Origin: Camelus dromedarius | Taxonomy: Eukaryota | Direction: 5' to 3' | DNA: 64,000 nucleotides | Assembly (NCBI RefSeq): GCF_036321535.1 | Contig: NC_087437.1 | Span: 28,274,001-28,338,000, forward strand | Shown: piece after piece, positions 12,922-25,230 of the stretch | How positions within the stretch are numbered: the first letter of the stretch is position 1 | Layout: every line of letters begins with the position of its first letter | Made by a program: the position numbers and the translations under genes | Notes under the pieces: model-generated | Seen by the model: the letters and a program-made list of their open reading frames with translations, nothing else | What the model was told of the DNA's origin: nothing | The model's database searches: none

Positions 12922-13236
12922 TTTCTGGTTATCAATGATTGCATAACAAACCACACCACAACTTAGTGGACTAAAACAATAACGTATTGTAATCTCTTAC
13001 GATTCTGTGGGTTTATTGGGTCTAACTGGTTGATTCTCATTTGCAGTCTTATATGTGGTTATGGGCAGATGTCAGCTGAGGCTGTAGCCATCTACGTCTG
13101 TACTACTCGGTTACCCAAAATGACTCATTGACGCAGTTGGTAACTGATGCAGGTTGTCAGCTGGGAGCCCAGATGGAACTGTTGAGCCTAGCACATATTC
13201 TTGCCCTCTCTGTGTTGCTTGGGCTTATAGCCATGC
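12922..13236 (-). mobile_element. MaLR LTR fragment (MLT1G/H-like)
   Basis: gcataacaaaccacaccacaacttagtggactaaaacaa...cagatgtcagctgaggctgtagccatc. Confidence 0.8.
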
Positions 13237-13449
13237 TACCTTATAGGAAACTGAAAATAATATAGGTTAACCTGTTAATAACTTTTGGAGTATTGCCTAA
13301 CATTGGTAAAATACTTGTCTTCCAGTAATTTTCTTATGGTAAATGATTTAATTCAAAATAATTATTTAAAGAGAGAAATTAGGGGAAATTTCAAAATGTC
13401 CCACAAATGGCAAATGGCTTCTTAAAGGTCATATAGTAAATTCATTGAT

Positions 13450-13582
13450 ACACATATAGTAACTCATTTAATCTTCACAGCAATCCTATGAATTAGACAT
13501 TATTTGTATATCCATTTTACAGGTAAAGAAATAATACTTAGAGGCAGTAAAGGTCTTGACAAATGTTTCATGACTATTAAGA
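13450..13582 (-). mobile_element. MIR SINE
   Basis: aactcatttaatcttcacagcaatcctatga...tccattttacagg. Confidence 0.8.
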
Positions 13583-13906
13583 ATTTCTTGGATTTCTTCC
13601 CAGATGTGTATGATATTCAGTAGTTGCTCTCGACCACAAAGACTGCTGCCTCCCAGGCTTACAAAGTCTGTCTCCATTCCTAAGAATATAGAAACATTCT
13701 GAACTTCTTTTTCTTTTAGTGTTTCACAAGCCATTAAACATTCATCATTTTGTGATATTATCAAATAAGATACAAAACATAATTGGCCTTAACTCATCCT
13801 GCCACTCATCATTGACACAGTGGGCTTTATAACAGTGGGATGGGGAAAATAGTGTAATAGATTAATTAACTTTATTATTTTGTCAACACACATATATGTA
13901 TGGACA

Positions 13907-13940
13907 AACACACCACACACACACACACACACACAAACAC
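13907..13940. repeat. (CA)n microsatellite
   Basis: Directly visible. Confidence 0.9.
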
Positions 13941-14254
13941 TTTTAAGAAAACAATAAGCAGAATCTTTAAATTTGCAGTCTGTCAAATTATCCTGCTTCA
14001 TTCAGAGCAGAAGTATCTCTATTTTGCTCAAATTGCACACCTAGTATACTTTGGACAAGGGCTCAAAATTAGACTCAAGTGGAACTAAAAGTAGTCTCAC
14101 TTATGATGTTTCCCTATTAAGATGTACGAGGGAAGAAATAAAAGAAATACAGCAAAAGATTTCAAACATGTCCAGAATCTTTGTCTGAACTTACAGGAAA
14201 TTCTCAGTTCTATTGATATCGCATATATTTATTACTGTCTGGAAGCATCTCCTG

Positions 14255-14830
14255 AGGTTTACTCTCTTCTCATTCTCAGTCCATATGGTTTAGGTGCAGG
14301 TGACCCATCCTTCAGTTCTAGCAGTGAAACATAACCTGGAACTTTCCAAAAGAATGACTGTTTTCATGGCTCCAATAATTGATTCAGAGATAGTCATGTG
14401 ACAAAACCCCAACAATCAGTCCTCACAAGGACTTTGCAAGAACCCCTAGGTTAAAAGCACTCCTTCTTTGCTCTGAGAAAGCTAGTTATGGGAATGAGGT
14501 AAGCTCATGCCTACTCTGGGCTATCCTCCCATCCCGGCATGTATGCCTTTTGCAATGCACTTTGCTGCTGCTTCTACCAAGAGATAAAATCTTTAAAAAA
14601 ATATGTAGAAAGAGTCTGCCAGTTAATAAATTCATTAAGAGTAAAGCAAAAAGAGATACAAAGAAAGAGGGAGACAAAGAAATTGAGAGAAATAATAGCT
14701 TCATTTAAGGTCCTTGATCAAGCCAGGCATGAAGTCCATCCTTGGATTTTGTAGATACATGAGTAGATAAAATCTATTTTCACTTAAACTATTTGAAATG
14801 AAGTTTCTATCATATGTGCCCCAGTATATC
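14255..14830 (+). mobile_element. Old MaLR LTR (MLT1K-like)
   Basis: gattcagagatagtcatgtgac...ccttgatcaagccaggcatgaag...atacatgagtagataaaatc. Confidence 0.65.
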
Positions 14831-15040
14831 TTGGCTTACTCTCCTCATCATGTGTTCTTACCAACTCAACTTAAAATTGCATAATTCTTAAAAACCTGGA
14901 AATAACAAAATATTTGAGATAAGCTTCAAGCAGTAATTACTGTCTATATATGCATTAACTATTAAGTGCAATATTCAATATTAATATATAACACATGAGT
15001 AACATTAAAACTTATATATTTGTAGATATAAATTAAAAGA

Positions 15041-15176
15041 TATGATTCTCTATTACTTTTTCCTGATATTAACAGATGTATTAATATGTAATTCATGGAT
15101 AACTTTTAAAATTTGTTTAATATATATTTATATATATATGTATGATTCTCTATTATTTTTCCTGATATTAGCAGAT
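15041..15176. repeat. Direct repeat pair, 37/36 bp, 100 bp apart
   Basis: TATGATTCTCTATTA(C)TTTTTCCTGATATTA(A/G)CAGAT at 15041-15077 and 15141-15176. Confidence 0.9.
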
Positions 15177-15371
15177 TAATAAACTTTATAGCTAATATCT
15201 GTACATTCCAATCTCATAGTATTTGTAGTTACTGTATGCTCAACTTCTTGACCCATCCTCAAGTCTTGAAATACACATAAATTATGGAAATTCATACTTT
15301 GCCTACTACTTCACATATATTAATTACAGCTTTTTACAGTTTTTTGGTTCTTCAATGCCTTTACACATTTT

Positions 15372-15748
15372 CAGTCATTCAACAAACATGCATTGAGTAT
15401 ACTTTTAAATGTTTATTGAGTATGTATCAGACACAATTCAAGGTACTAGAAACATCTTAGTGGGTAAGGTGTATGAAGTCCATTTCTCACAAAGCTTAAG
15501 TTTTATTGGGGGTGAGAAACAATACGGAAATAAATAATTAAATAACATAACTTATAAATCTTGATAGCTGTTAGGAAGAAAAAGGGAATGAAGTGACAGA
15601 AAGAGAGGTGGCACTTGGGTAGCCAAGGAGGACCTCTCCGAAGTGGTGACAATTTGGCAACATAGCCCTGAGTGAATGAATGATGGGAAGGAGCCAGCTG
15701 TGAAAATATCTGGTTAAAAGTGTTTCAGGAAAAGGGAACAGCAAATTG
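15372..15748 (-). mobile_element. L2 LINE 3' fragment
   Basis: tcattcaacaaacat...gacctctccgaagtggtgaca...ttcaggaaagggaacagcaa. Confidence 0.85.
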
Positions 15749-16169
15749 TCATTCAAATTAAAATAGAAAAAATATGTACATATATTCTGCACATAGAAAT
15801 ACACAGACTTTTCATCACTTTTATCTTTCTTGAAATTATTATTTTTTAAACCTATATATATAATGTGGAGTATGATGTGATTAGATAGCACTCCAAGATA
15901 TTTCTACTAGGTTAATGTTTAATAACATTGTATAGGAAGTATTGTGGCAGTGTGATTTGTTTTAACAAGATCCCAAGCAGAGAGTAAATCTTCCTGTTCA
16001 AAGAATTTGCCTAAGTATCCCCACCTTTCATGATCATCACAGAAGCCCCATCCATTCAAAATAATTCTGATGCCTCGGGGGAAATAGGCATCAAAGGGAT
16101 TGCAGGAAGATTTATGCAGATTAAAGTGACTTTCCTTTTCCCTTTATTCCTTTCCCTTCCTGAACAGTT

Positions 16170-18465
16170 CTGTAGGAAACCCGTTAGATAGCACCGAGCA
16201 AGGTAGGCATAGGGGTGAGGGTGTCAGAGCTCAAGAAAATTAAGGAGGAGGGGAGACGGTGAGTAGAGCCTGACTGAGATGAGGAGGTGTGTTAGTCTAC
16301 TTCAGCTACTATAACAAAATACTCTAGACTGGGTAGCTTAAAGAACAGACATTTATTTTTCACAGTTGGAGACTCTGAGAAGTCCAGGATCAAGGTGTCA
16401 GACCACTGGTTCCTGGTGAAGACACTCTTTCTGGCTTGCAAATGGCTGCCTTCTCACTGTGTCCTCATACGGCAGAGACAGAATGATCCCTCTCTCGTTC
16501 TTCCTCTTCTTATAAAGTCACTAATCTGATCCTGAGGGTCCCACTTCATGACCTCCTCTAACCATAATTACCTCCCATAGGTCCCATCTAAATACCATCT
16601 CACTGGGGGCGACAGCTCCAACATGTGAATTCTGAGGGGATACAATTCAGTTCGTAGCAAGAGGGTATCCACAAAAAGGTGAGCTTCAGGGACAAGGCAG
16701 CCCACCTTAGGGTAACAAAGCCCCGAAGGAGTAAGCAGTGTTTCCTCATGGCGGGTGAAGGGAGAGTATCCCGTTATGTGGTGTTAGCATCCAAGCAGGG
16801 TCAGGAGCGTGTTCCCATGGGAATGGAGGACAGCCTACTGCTGGTTGTCCAAGCTCAGGGAGGATGGGGAGGGTTTATCCTGAGAAGACGGCACTCACAG
16901 AGGGTCAGAAGCCAAACTGTGTGGGGAGAGCGTCTGTCCAGGGATGGTGGTGGCAGGCTGATGAGAGATGTTGAAATCTGAATGGAGAGAGCAGCATATC
17001 TGCATGGAAAGAGGGCCAGTGACAGCGACGGCTTTGCACAGCACGTTAGAGCCTGACGTCAGTGATGAGGGTATGTGGGTTGGATGTAGCAGTGTGGCAC
17101 TCAGAGACTGGATACGTAAAAATAATTGAACAAATAAAATATATTGAGGATAATGAGAGCCTAGTTTCTCAATGTCATACACAAAAGTTGCAAATAGGAA
17201 AAGAGAGAAAGCTAGAGTAAACTCTCGGTGGACTTTCACTGAAGTGGAGATACTGATGTGAACTAGTAATAGTCCAGATAGATAGATAAACTACTTATGG
17301 GCGTAAATGTAAATCTATATATCAATATATATATCCCTACCTATTACAAATATGTGTTTTTATCTGTTAGGATATAGTCCCTGCCTCTCTCCACTGAGAA
17401 GCTTCCAATCAGCAATCTCCAATCTCCAACTTCAAATCAGCAATCAAGTAATGAGCATACTTGGCCCTCTGATCTTGGTTTCTAAATACCATTGTCCACT
17501 TAAGGAAAGCAGAATTCCTTGGACAAATGATTCCATCTATGACTGGGCAGAGAAATTACAAGATGAGCCTGGGAAATCTTGCTGCATCAGAAAGAAGGAA
17601 ATTATCAGAAAATGGAGAAATATCAAAAGGACAAAAAAGGTAGCTTCAAAGGGGACCCAATAAGCAAGTTTGGGACAATTTTAACATTACAATCTCATGA
17701 GAATATTGAACCTACTAAATAAAACAAGAATCTATCAGTCCATACTGGTATGAATAGATGAATAAATTGAAATTTTGTTGAGAAATGGAATCTTTACCTA
17801 GCCTCAAAGTACCTCCCCCACAAAATATGTGTTAACTATAAAGGAGGGGAAAGTAACTTCATATTAAGAAGCCTGGCGGATGCCACCTAAATCAAGTAAT
17901 CAAAGTTAACATCACCAGCAATGGAGCAAATCAAACCCATGTGTCACCTGACAGGATGAAAGGAGAAGAATGCAGGGTCACTTTTGTGATGTGCCTGCCC
18001 AAGTTGCATAACTGAATTTAATCATGAGGAAACCTGAGACAAACCCACCGGGGGGGCATTCTACCAAATAACAAGCCTATAATCTTCGAAATGTCATGGT
18101 TCCGAAAATCAAGGAAAGACCAAAGAACTGTTGCAGACTGAAGGAATTTAAAGGATCATGACAACTAAATATCATGCAGGATTCTGGACTGGATTCTTTT
18201 CTTAAAAAGGACCTTATTGAGACTACTGGCAAAACTCGAATGGAATCTGAGGACTAGATGGTAATAATGTATCAATATCATTTCCTGGATGGCTGTCTTA
18301 CTGTTGTGTAGGAGAATGTCTGTTCTATACTAACATATTCCAGGGTGATGGGGCATTGTGTTGGTCTCTCACTCTCAGATGGTTCAGGAAAATGTTATTT
18401 GGATGATTCCTGCAATTTTAATAAGTTTGAGATTATTTCCAAATAAAAACATTTTTTAAAAAATC
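16170..18465 (+). mobile_element. L1MC3/L1MD-type 3' UTR, interrupted by an MLT1A LTR
   Basis: gatcttggtttctaaatacca, aatcaagtaatcaaagttaacatcacc, and terminal ctcagatggttcagg...aagtttgagattatttccaaataaaa. Confidence 0.85.
16288..16659 (-). mobile_element. MLT1A-like solo LTR
   Basis: TG...CA ends (tgtgttagtc...ttcgtagca); 5-bp TSD GGAGG/AGAGG with 1 mismatch. Confidence 0.9.
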
Positions 18466-20439
18466 AAGTGACAACTGTAAAATCATTCAGCAACACCCAA
18501 TGATAGCAAAATAAGAGTAAGGATTATGAATAGTAATTAGAGTTGTGCAGCATGAAGCAGCTATCTCAGCACAAACCACAGAGGTAAAATACGAGGGAGC
18601 CGAAATAGAAGGGCCCACTCTGGTAGGATCACTATTATCTGTACCAGTTTATGTTGTCACCGGTGGCCCTTCATCCACAGTGTGGAGGAACTGGAAATTA
18701 ATATCAGATCCTACCATATAGATGTTGGACTTTATTGTAAATTTTATGTTGTTCTCCCTGAAATATATGGTACAGGGTAATCCTAAACCACATTTTTGTC
18801 TTTAAAAACCCTTAGCCCTCCATGAAACCACTAGGTATAAATATTATCAGATTACATGGAAATACATATTTTAATATAAATTCCTGAACCAGTGGGTCAT
18901 ACATAGGCTCCAAGTAGGCAAAATTAAGAAAGCGTTTCCCCATAGAGAATTCTGTCCTAACACATAACTAGTTCTAAGTTTGCTGTCTGTGGTATTATAT
19001 TGAAAAATATTTGGCTAAATTGAATGTGCTATACATATTTATGTAATAAAATTCCCAAATAAGATCTACAAAACTTAATTATAAATGAAGACCTAATATA
19101 AACATTCACTAGATTTTAGTTCAGGAATAATGCTTTGATGTATACTTAAGGATAAGAAAAAAGTAATTAATAATAAATCACTCCACCCTCAAGAGTCATA
19201 AATCTATTTGCACTTTAAAATCTCCATTCTTCTAAATTGCATCTTAATGTTCCTTTGCGAAGTGACAACGTTTACACAGCATCAAAATATTAAGTCTCCT
19301 TGACTCAACTTTGCTCCCCTGGAAAATGGGAGTTACCGATTTTAGTTGGAGGACAGACTAATTGAGGGATTAATTCTTGTTTGTCCAGTCCTTTGACGAC
19401 TAAGCATTACTCAGTTTCAAAATTATTATGATTTATTCATCCCTCCTGAAAGCAAGCCTGTCATAAATATAAACTCCCCTTAATCAATCATTCATTTACA
19501 AGTGGGACCAGATTAATTCTATTAACAAAAATTGAAATAAAATGTAAGATTTCAATAACCCCCCAAAAGATAGCATCAGTTAGAATAAGTGATTGTGACA
19601 AACGTATATAATGCTATGGTCCTTAGTAAATTGTCTTATCTAGAGATATTACAAGCATTACAGAATATACCAAAATCTATCAGATTTGTTGCATTATTTC
19701 AAACTTACATAATATTGTGTTTTCTTAACTATTCCATAAATATAGATTGATGCTTAATCTGAGCACAACTTCTTGGAGCTTCCAAAGCTTTTATCAATTA
19801 ACAGAACCTTTATTTTATATTACATTTTTGCTTTAGTTTAATTTTTTAAATTTATTTGGAGACACTGGGGGAAATTATATCTATACATGGTGGAACTTCC
19901 AAAAATAATCGCTAAGTATTGCTCCTAGGTAGTATTTTCCCTGGTCTACCTTGACGATGGATAAAATTCCACACTGGATCGTGAACCACCATGTGCTCTT
20001 GAAATAGTGCTAACTACATTTGTCAAAGAAGCAGGCCAACACTATTTAAAGAAGCCATGTGATACCTCTTATTTTATTTTAGATGTTCACAGGACTATGT
20101 AAACTATATGACATTTTAAGACCAAACTGAATTCTTGGCTCCTTTCAGTGGAATTTCATATGATATTTGACTATATCTGCTGACTCACACACCAGTCGTA
20201 CAAAATGTTTATTCAATGTCTTTCATAATCTCATCTCACTGATAGATGTTGGGCAGGAGAGAAAAGAATTTTAAGCACACCATCATGTTCCAAAAAGGAT
20301 TCAAAATACTTTACACAGATGAATAAAAAAGAAGCAAGTTAGTGTGAAATTTAAAAAAAATAAAAAATATCAACAAGAGTGGAAACATAAGATTTTATAT
20401 ATTCAAATGCAAAAATACAAACTTCCTCCCCAGCCTCAT

Positions 20440-20808
20440 CCCATGAACTCTTTCCCTTATTTACTCACTCCAGTCACACCAGCCTCATTTCAGACTTGTC
20501 AACTTACCGGCTCTTGGAACTTGCTCTTCCCTCTGTTATGCTCCTCCTGCTTGGCGTGCTGACCCCCTCTACTACGACAGCACTCTCCATTTATTCTGTT
20601 TACTATCCTCCATTCCTGTCTTCAAAGCACAATACACTTTGGGAAGTTATCATTTGTTTGATAGTTTGTGTGTTTACTGTCTGGTGAACCCATTAGAACG
20701 TTAGCTCCATAAACACAGGAGCTCCCCTCCTTCTGTTACTGTACGCTCAGCACTTAGCACAATGGCTAGCACATCATAGATGCTTAATAAATATTTGTTG
20801 AATGAATG
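20440..20808 (+). mobile_element. L2 LINE 3' end
   Basis: Ends cagcacttagcac...gatgcttaataaatatttgttgaatgaatg. Confidence 0.85.
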
Positions 20809-21091
20809 TGCTAAATATAGAACCCTGTTCTCAGACCACATCCCTTCTCAGCAGCCCTTAAAATAAACACAAACAAGTTCAAATCTCTTTAAAATTGCTA
20901 CCAACAATGCCTTCAGTAAGGCTCCATTTCATCCTCTGTATTTACCTTTTGACCTACCTTTCTTTGCCATCATTTTTCATGTTTGATCAACACTATCTTT
21001 CCCCAGGAATTTCCCACACACTCTATTTTCCCACAACACATTGTTTCCTTTCTCCATCTCTACCCATTAATGTCACAGCCATTCTTCCAGG

Positions 21092-21345
21092 CAGGGTGAC
21101 AACAGGACTTTTATAAGCCTAAGCCACTTTGTCTCTTGGGGCCCCTTCCTCCATAAAAATATTAAAAATTATTGTGTTGGTATAAAGACAAATATAATCC
21201 TAATTCAGTTCATTGTTCTATATCTGTTACTATTACATTCAATTTTTCTAATTTTAAAAGAAATTAAAATTAAAGCATTTTATTTGTGGGCCCCTCAAAG
21301 TATCCTTTGGCACTATGTGTTATTGTGCCTTTTGAGTTAGTTGAC
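21092..21345 (-). mobile_element. ORSL-like hAT-Tip100 non-autonomous element
   Basis: Reverse complement contains gtctttataccaac...tttttatggaggaaggggccc...ccctg and gatactttgaggggcccac, as I recall the ORSL consensus. Confidence 0.75.
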
Positions 21346-21409
21346 TCTTCTTCCAAGCACAATTTAAATGTCAAATCATACAGGAAATCTTCTCCGAGGA
21401 CACCCACTA

Positions 21410-21576
21410 ACACACACACACACACACGTACACACACACACATACACACACGTACACACACGTACACACACACACGTACACACACGTACAAACACACGTA
21501 CACACACACGTACGCACACGTACATACACACGTACACACACACGTACACACACACACGTACACACACACGTACACA
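21410..21576. repeat. Compound (CA)n/CGTA microsatellite
   Basis: 167 bp of alternating purine/pyrimidine with one substitution; 12 CACGTA units. Confidence 0.95.
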
Positions 21577-21929
21577 GTACGCATTACTCTTTTCTCACTT
21601 TCATCTTCATAGCACTCTCTGTGGGTCTACAAAACTTAGTAACAGACTGAAAGCAAAATTGTGACTAACTCATCTTTATGCTCTTCAAAGTTTCCATCAC
21701 AGAGCTTGACAACTTCTAAGCAAAAATAAGTGTATTTTGATTTGTTATTTAGTTTGTGTACTAAAAATATGTGTTCTAACAGTTAAGGAAGTTTTCCATA
21801 AAGAAGATGACTTTAGATAGCTCTAGATACATTGATAAGTGTCAGATCCTAGGCCATAGACTATTAAATGTGTTTGATAGAAAGATTTTTTATGGATCAC
21901 ATCTGCTGGAGTAGTAAGTGATGAATTTG

Positions 21930-22135
21930 GGTAGATGAATTGGACCAAACTGCAAAGAACCTTGAATTTCAGGAAAAGAATTAGGATCTTGATGCTGCCG
22001 GTTATGGGAATACCCTGCAGGTCCTTACTCAGGAAAGCAACATGATGATAGCGATATTTTTGGAAGATTTGTCTGTGAGTTAGGCGTTAAAGGAATCAAG
22101 ACAAGGAAAGTCTAGAGGTAAAGAAACCAGAGATT
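21930..22135 (-). mobile_element. L2 fragment
   Basis: ccttgaatttcaggaaaagaatt...caggaaagcaacatgatgatag...tttggaagatt. Confidence 0.6.
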
Positions 22136-22779
22136 ATAGAAATGGGCCAGTATGATTGGACTTTAAGCCAAATTCTAGTTTTATTCTCTTTTTGCCTGGT
22201 TTTACTCTTGACTTTATTTCACAGTAAATACAGGCATTCTATTCAGGACATGCATTGTGTAAGCTACTTCTAAATTAAAAAAAAAAAAAAAGCGTGATCC
22301 CAAATATGACCCGGTGTATGTTTCATCAGAAACGTTAAATATTTTTCCTCACATGAAGTAGTAAAGTCTTTTTAAATTTGCAGTCCAATCAGTCAATAAA
22401 GAAGCAAATTTTCAATTAACAATAGGGACCTTTTTTTGGTTTAAGCCATAGCTGATTCAAATAGAAAAGCATAATAAAAATAACTATTTTCAACAAAAAA
22501 GGGTTTTCAATTACCTTATATAATTTAATTATATCAAAAATCTCCTGGTATTACATTAACCCTATTTTATAGAAAAGGGAACTGGTAAGTCATGACACCA
22601 AGAAGGGAATCTGGGCATCTGAGCCAGAGCCCATCTGCCTTGCATCAATCTCCTCAAGGAAGACAAAGCATATACAAGACAGTTGTATCAGAGAGTAAGA
22701 GCTTATGCCACAAAGTCCAGATGCCTGTCCAAGAAGCAGGGCCTCAGTGCAAAACTGACACATAGGTAAGCTTTGAAAT

Positions 22780-23190
22780 TGTAGCTTGTTCAGAGAACAT
22801 TCCAAGTAGAGTAATCAGCACGAATGAAAACGCAGAGGTAAGAATCATCTTGGCACACGGCTGAAAAAGTGTATAAATGGTAGTATCAGAGGGAAGCTGC
22901 ATGTTGAGAAGTAGTGAGAATCGAACTGGATCAATAAGATACAATAAGATAGAAAAATGGAGCATCAAGAAGGCCTTCAAGATGTCTAGTAAGAAAACCG
23001 AGTGTATGGTCAAGCCATCAACCAGGAAGAGGAATATGGAAAGAAGAACGAAAGGAAAGGAGGGTTGATGAGATAAAGGATGACGACTTCGATGTTGAAT
23101 GTACAGTTACTCTTCACATGGAGCTGCCTAGTAGACAACTGGGGGTGGCAAAACCCAGATGAATTATAAACAGGGAGACAAGGATCCCTA
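22780..23190 (-). mobile_element. L2 fragment, highly diverged
   Basis: cattccaagtagagtaatcagcacgaatgaaaacgcagagg resembles antisense L2. Confidence 0.5.
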
Positions 23191-23549
23191 GAGTAATCTA
23201 TTCCGAAAGAGAATGCACATATCTTTCAAGGAAGCCTGGTAGAATATAGTTCATCTTCAAAAAAAAGAAAGAAATGAGTTTTATAGAGAGCATGTATGGC
23301 CAAGTATGTAAGATCAAGAAAAGACCAGATCTGCTTAAAATGGAGATAAGATGCAATTGTGTAAAGATACAATGTTCAGGTTTTCTTCTCCATCCACCTT
23401 GCATAGAAGAAACAGAAGAGCAAGATTTTAAATTTTGCTCTCAGTAGTATTTATCAATACGTCATGACTATCCACACCTCAGGAATTTCTCTATATAAAT
23501 GGAGCCAGGTCAAGACTATAATATGCAAAGAGTAGAAATAGGCCTTTGC

Positions 23550-23720
23550 CATATGCTAGTGCACTTAATGCTCCCAAAACCTCATGAGGTGTTAATTATT
23601 ATTGTCTTTGAGTTGGAGAGGCAGGAATCGCGTCCAAAAAGCTTGTTCGTTGGATTGGAGAGCCAGTGCTCAACCCCAGATGTGCCTGACTCTAGGACAT
23701 GCACTCTTAGCTACTATGTT
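23550..23720 (-). mobile_element. MIR SINE
   Basis: aacctcatgaggtg...caaccccagatgtgcctgactctaggacatgcactcttagctactatg. Confidence 0.7.
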
Positions 23721-24874
23721 AGAAATCTCACTAAAATTAATGGCCTGCAGGGAAGCCTTGATGCTGTGGTACAGAATGGTAATTGAATGTGTTCCGAATT
23801 ACAGCTCACCCTTCACTACAATGCAGCAAAAGTGAGTTTCTTATCAACTCTAAGATATGTAGCATATAATAAAATAATTAAACAAACCCACCTTAATTCC
23901 ATCTCTCTTATTCTGTCCAAAACTTTCAAACTATCTACAATGCACGAGGCTGTGTGCCTCCAGTTCTTTTCAAAAGCAAGTGTAAGTGAGAAGCAAGAAA
24001 TAAGAGAGTTAATTTTTCTCTGGTTTTCCTCAGCTTCTGGTGAAATCCCATTTAAATATTTTGTGGTAAACTCATTCCTTTCCAAGCTTTCAGATGGTGA
24101 GCTTTTTAGTCATTGTTTTAAAAGGCCAAAACATTTGTTAACTGGAGCAGTCATAGAGAGGCCAAGAGCAGTAACTCTTATCATTTTATTCTGAGGGAGT
24201 GAATCAACTTTATACCTTCTTTGGATACAATGTAAATCTCAAAGAGAATCAGAAGCTAGTCTGTATTTAAGTGAATTAACTTCATACTGAAGTCACCATG
24301 ATTCTTTGAGCCATAAATTAGGCTGCTTTAAAAGAATTCAGCAGAACATTCCAAAGGTGGTTACGGAACCAAAGAAGAAATGGGGATCTTTTACTTTTAA
24401 AGGAAGTAATTTCTAGTAGCATAAGCTAATAAAAGTTCATAGTTTTCATTGTTGATGTAGTGTACTTTAGAGCCCTGGCAATGTAAGAAAATTATATGAT
24501 CATTATTAGCACACTGTAGTAATACTCCTTACTAAGAGCACATCAAAAACTTTTCCCTTTAAAGTTTCTGTGAGAAGAGCTGTATATGATATTTTCTCCT
24601 GAAATAATAAAATACAATGAAAGAATACTTTCATATTAGGAAAAAAACTGGAATACTAACATACACATTTATTTTAGGTGTTGTATCAAAGAACTGTCTC
24701 TTAAAATTGGGATTACATTATTCAAGTCTATCAGTAGAATTTTTCTTATTAGCTCTAATTTGGCTATGCAGTTATAGATTAAGATATGCATTCAAAGGCC
24801 TCTTTTGGATACAATGTAAATTCTATTTTACATACATTGTACTTTATGTACATTACCACATTTTCTTAATACGG

Positions 24875-24997
24875 ATGCTAGGGGATGGACATTACTGTTA
24901 ACCCCACTTGATAAAGAGACTGAGGTCCAGAGAGGTCATCACTTGCTCAGGATCACTCTGCTTGTAAGGGGCCCAGTAGGAATTCAAACCTAGGTAA
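24875..24997 (-). mobile_element. MIR SINE
   Basis: gagactgaggtccagagaggtcatcacttgctcaggatcac...ggaattcaaacctagg. Confidence 0.75.
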
Positions 24998-25036
24998 GCA
25001 TACTTCCTTAACTGCTTGACAAAATTACTCTGTTTC

Positions 25037-25230
25037 TATTTTTTTAAACTAACTTTATTGAAGTATAACTTACATATATTGAGGGTACTTTTAAGTGTAC
25101 AGTTCAATGAGTTTTGACAAGTGGATACACCATTACAAGAAAGGTAGAAAATGTTTCTACCATTTCCATAAATTCCATTTGGTGCCACCCCTTCTTCCTC
25201 TCTGGCAACCATTGATCTGCTTTCCATCCT
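25037..25230 (-). mobile_element. L1MB/MC-type 3' end
   Basis: aactttattgaagtataacttaca...ttttaagtgtacagttcaatgagttttgacaa...ctggcaaccattgatctgcttt. Confidence 0.85.

Noticed and set aside
21270..21664. His/Thr- and Cys/Val-rich ORFs
   Set aside because: Translations of the CA/CGTA microsatellite.
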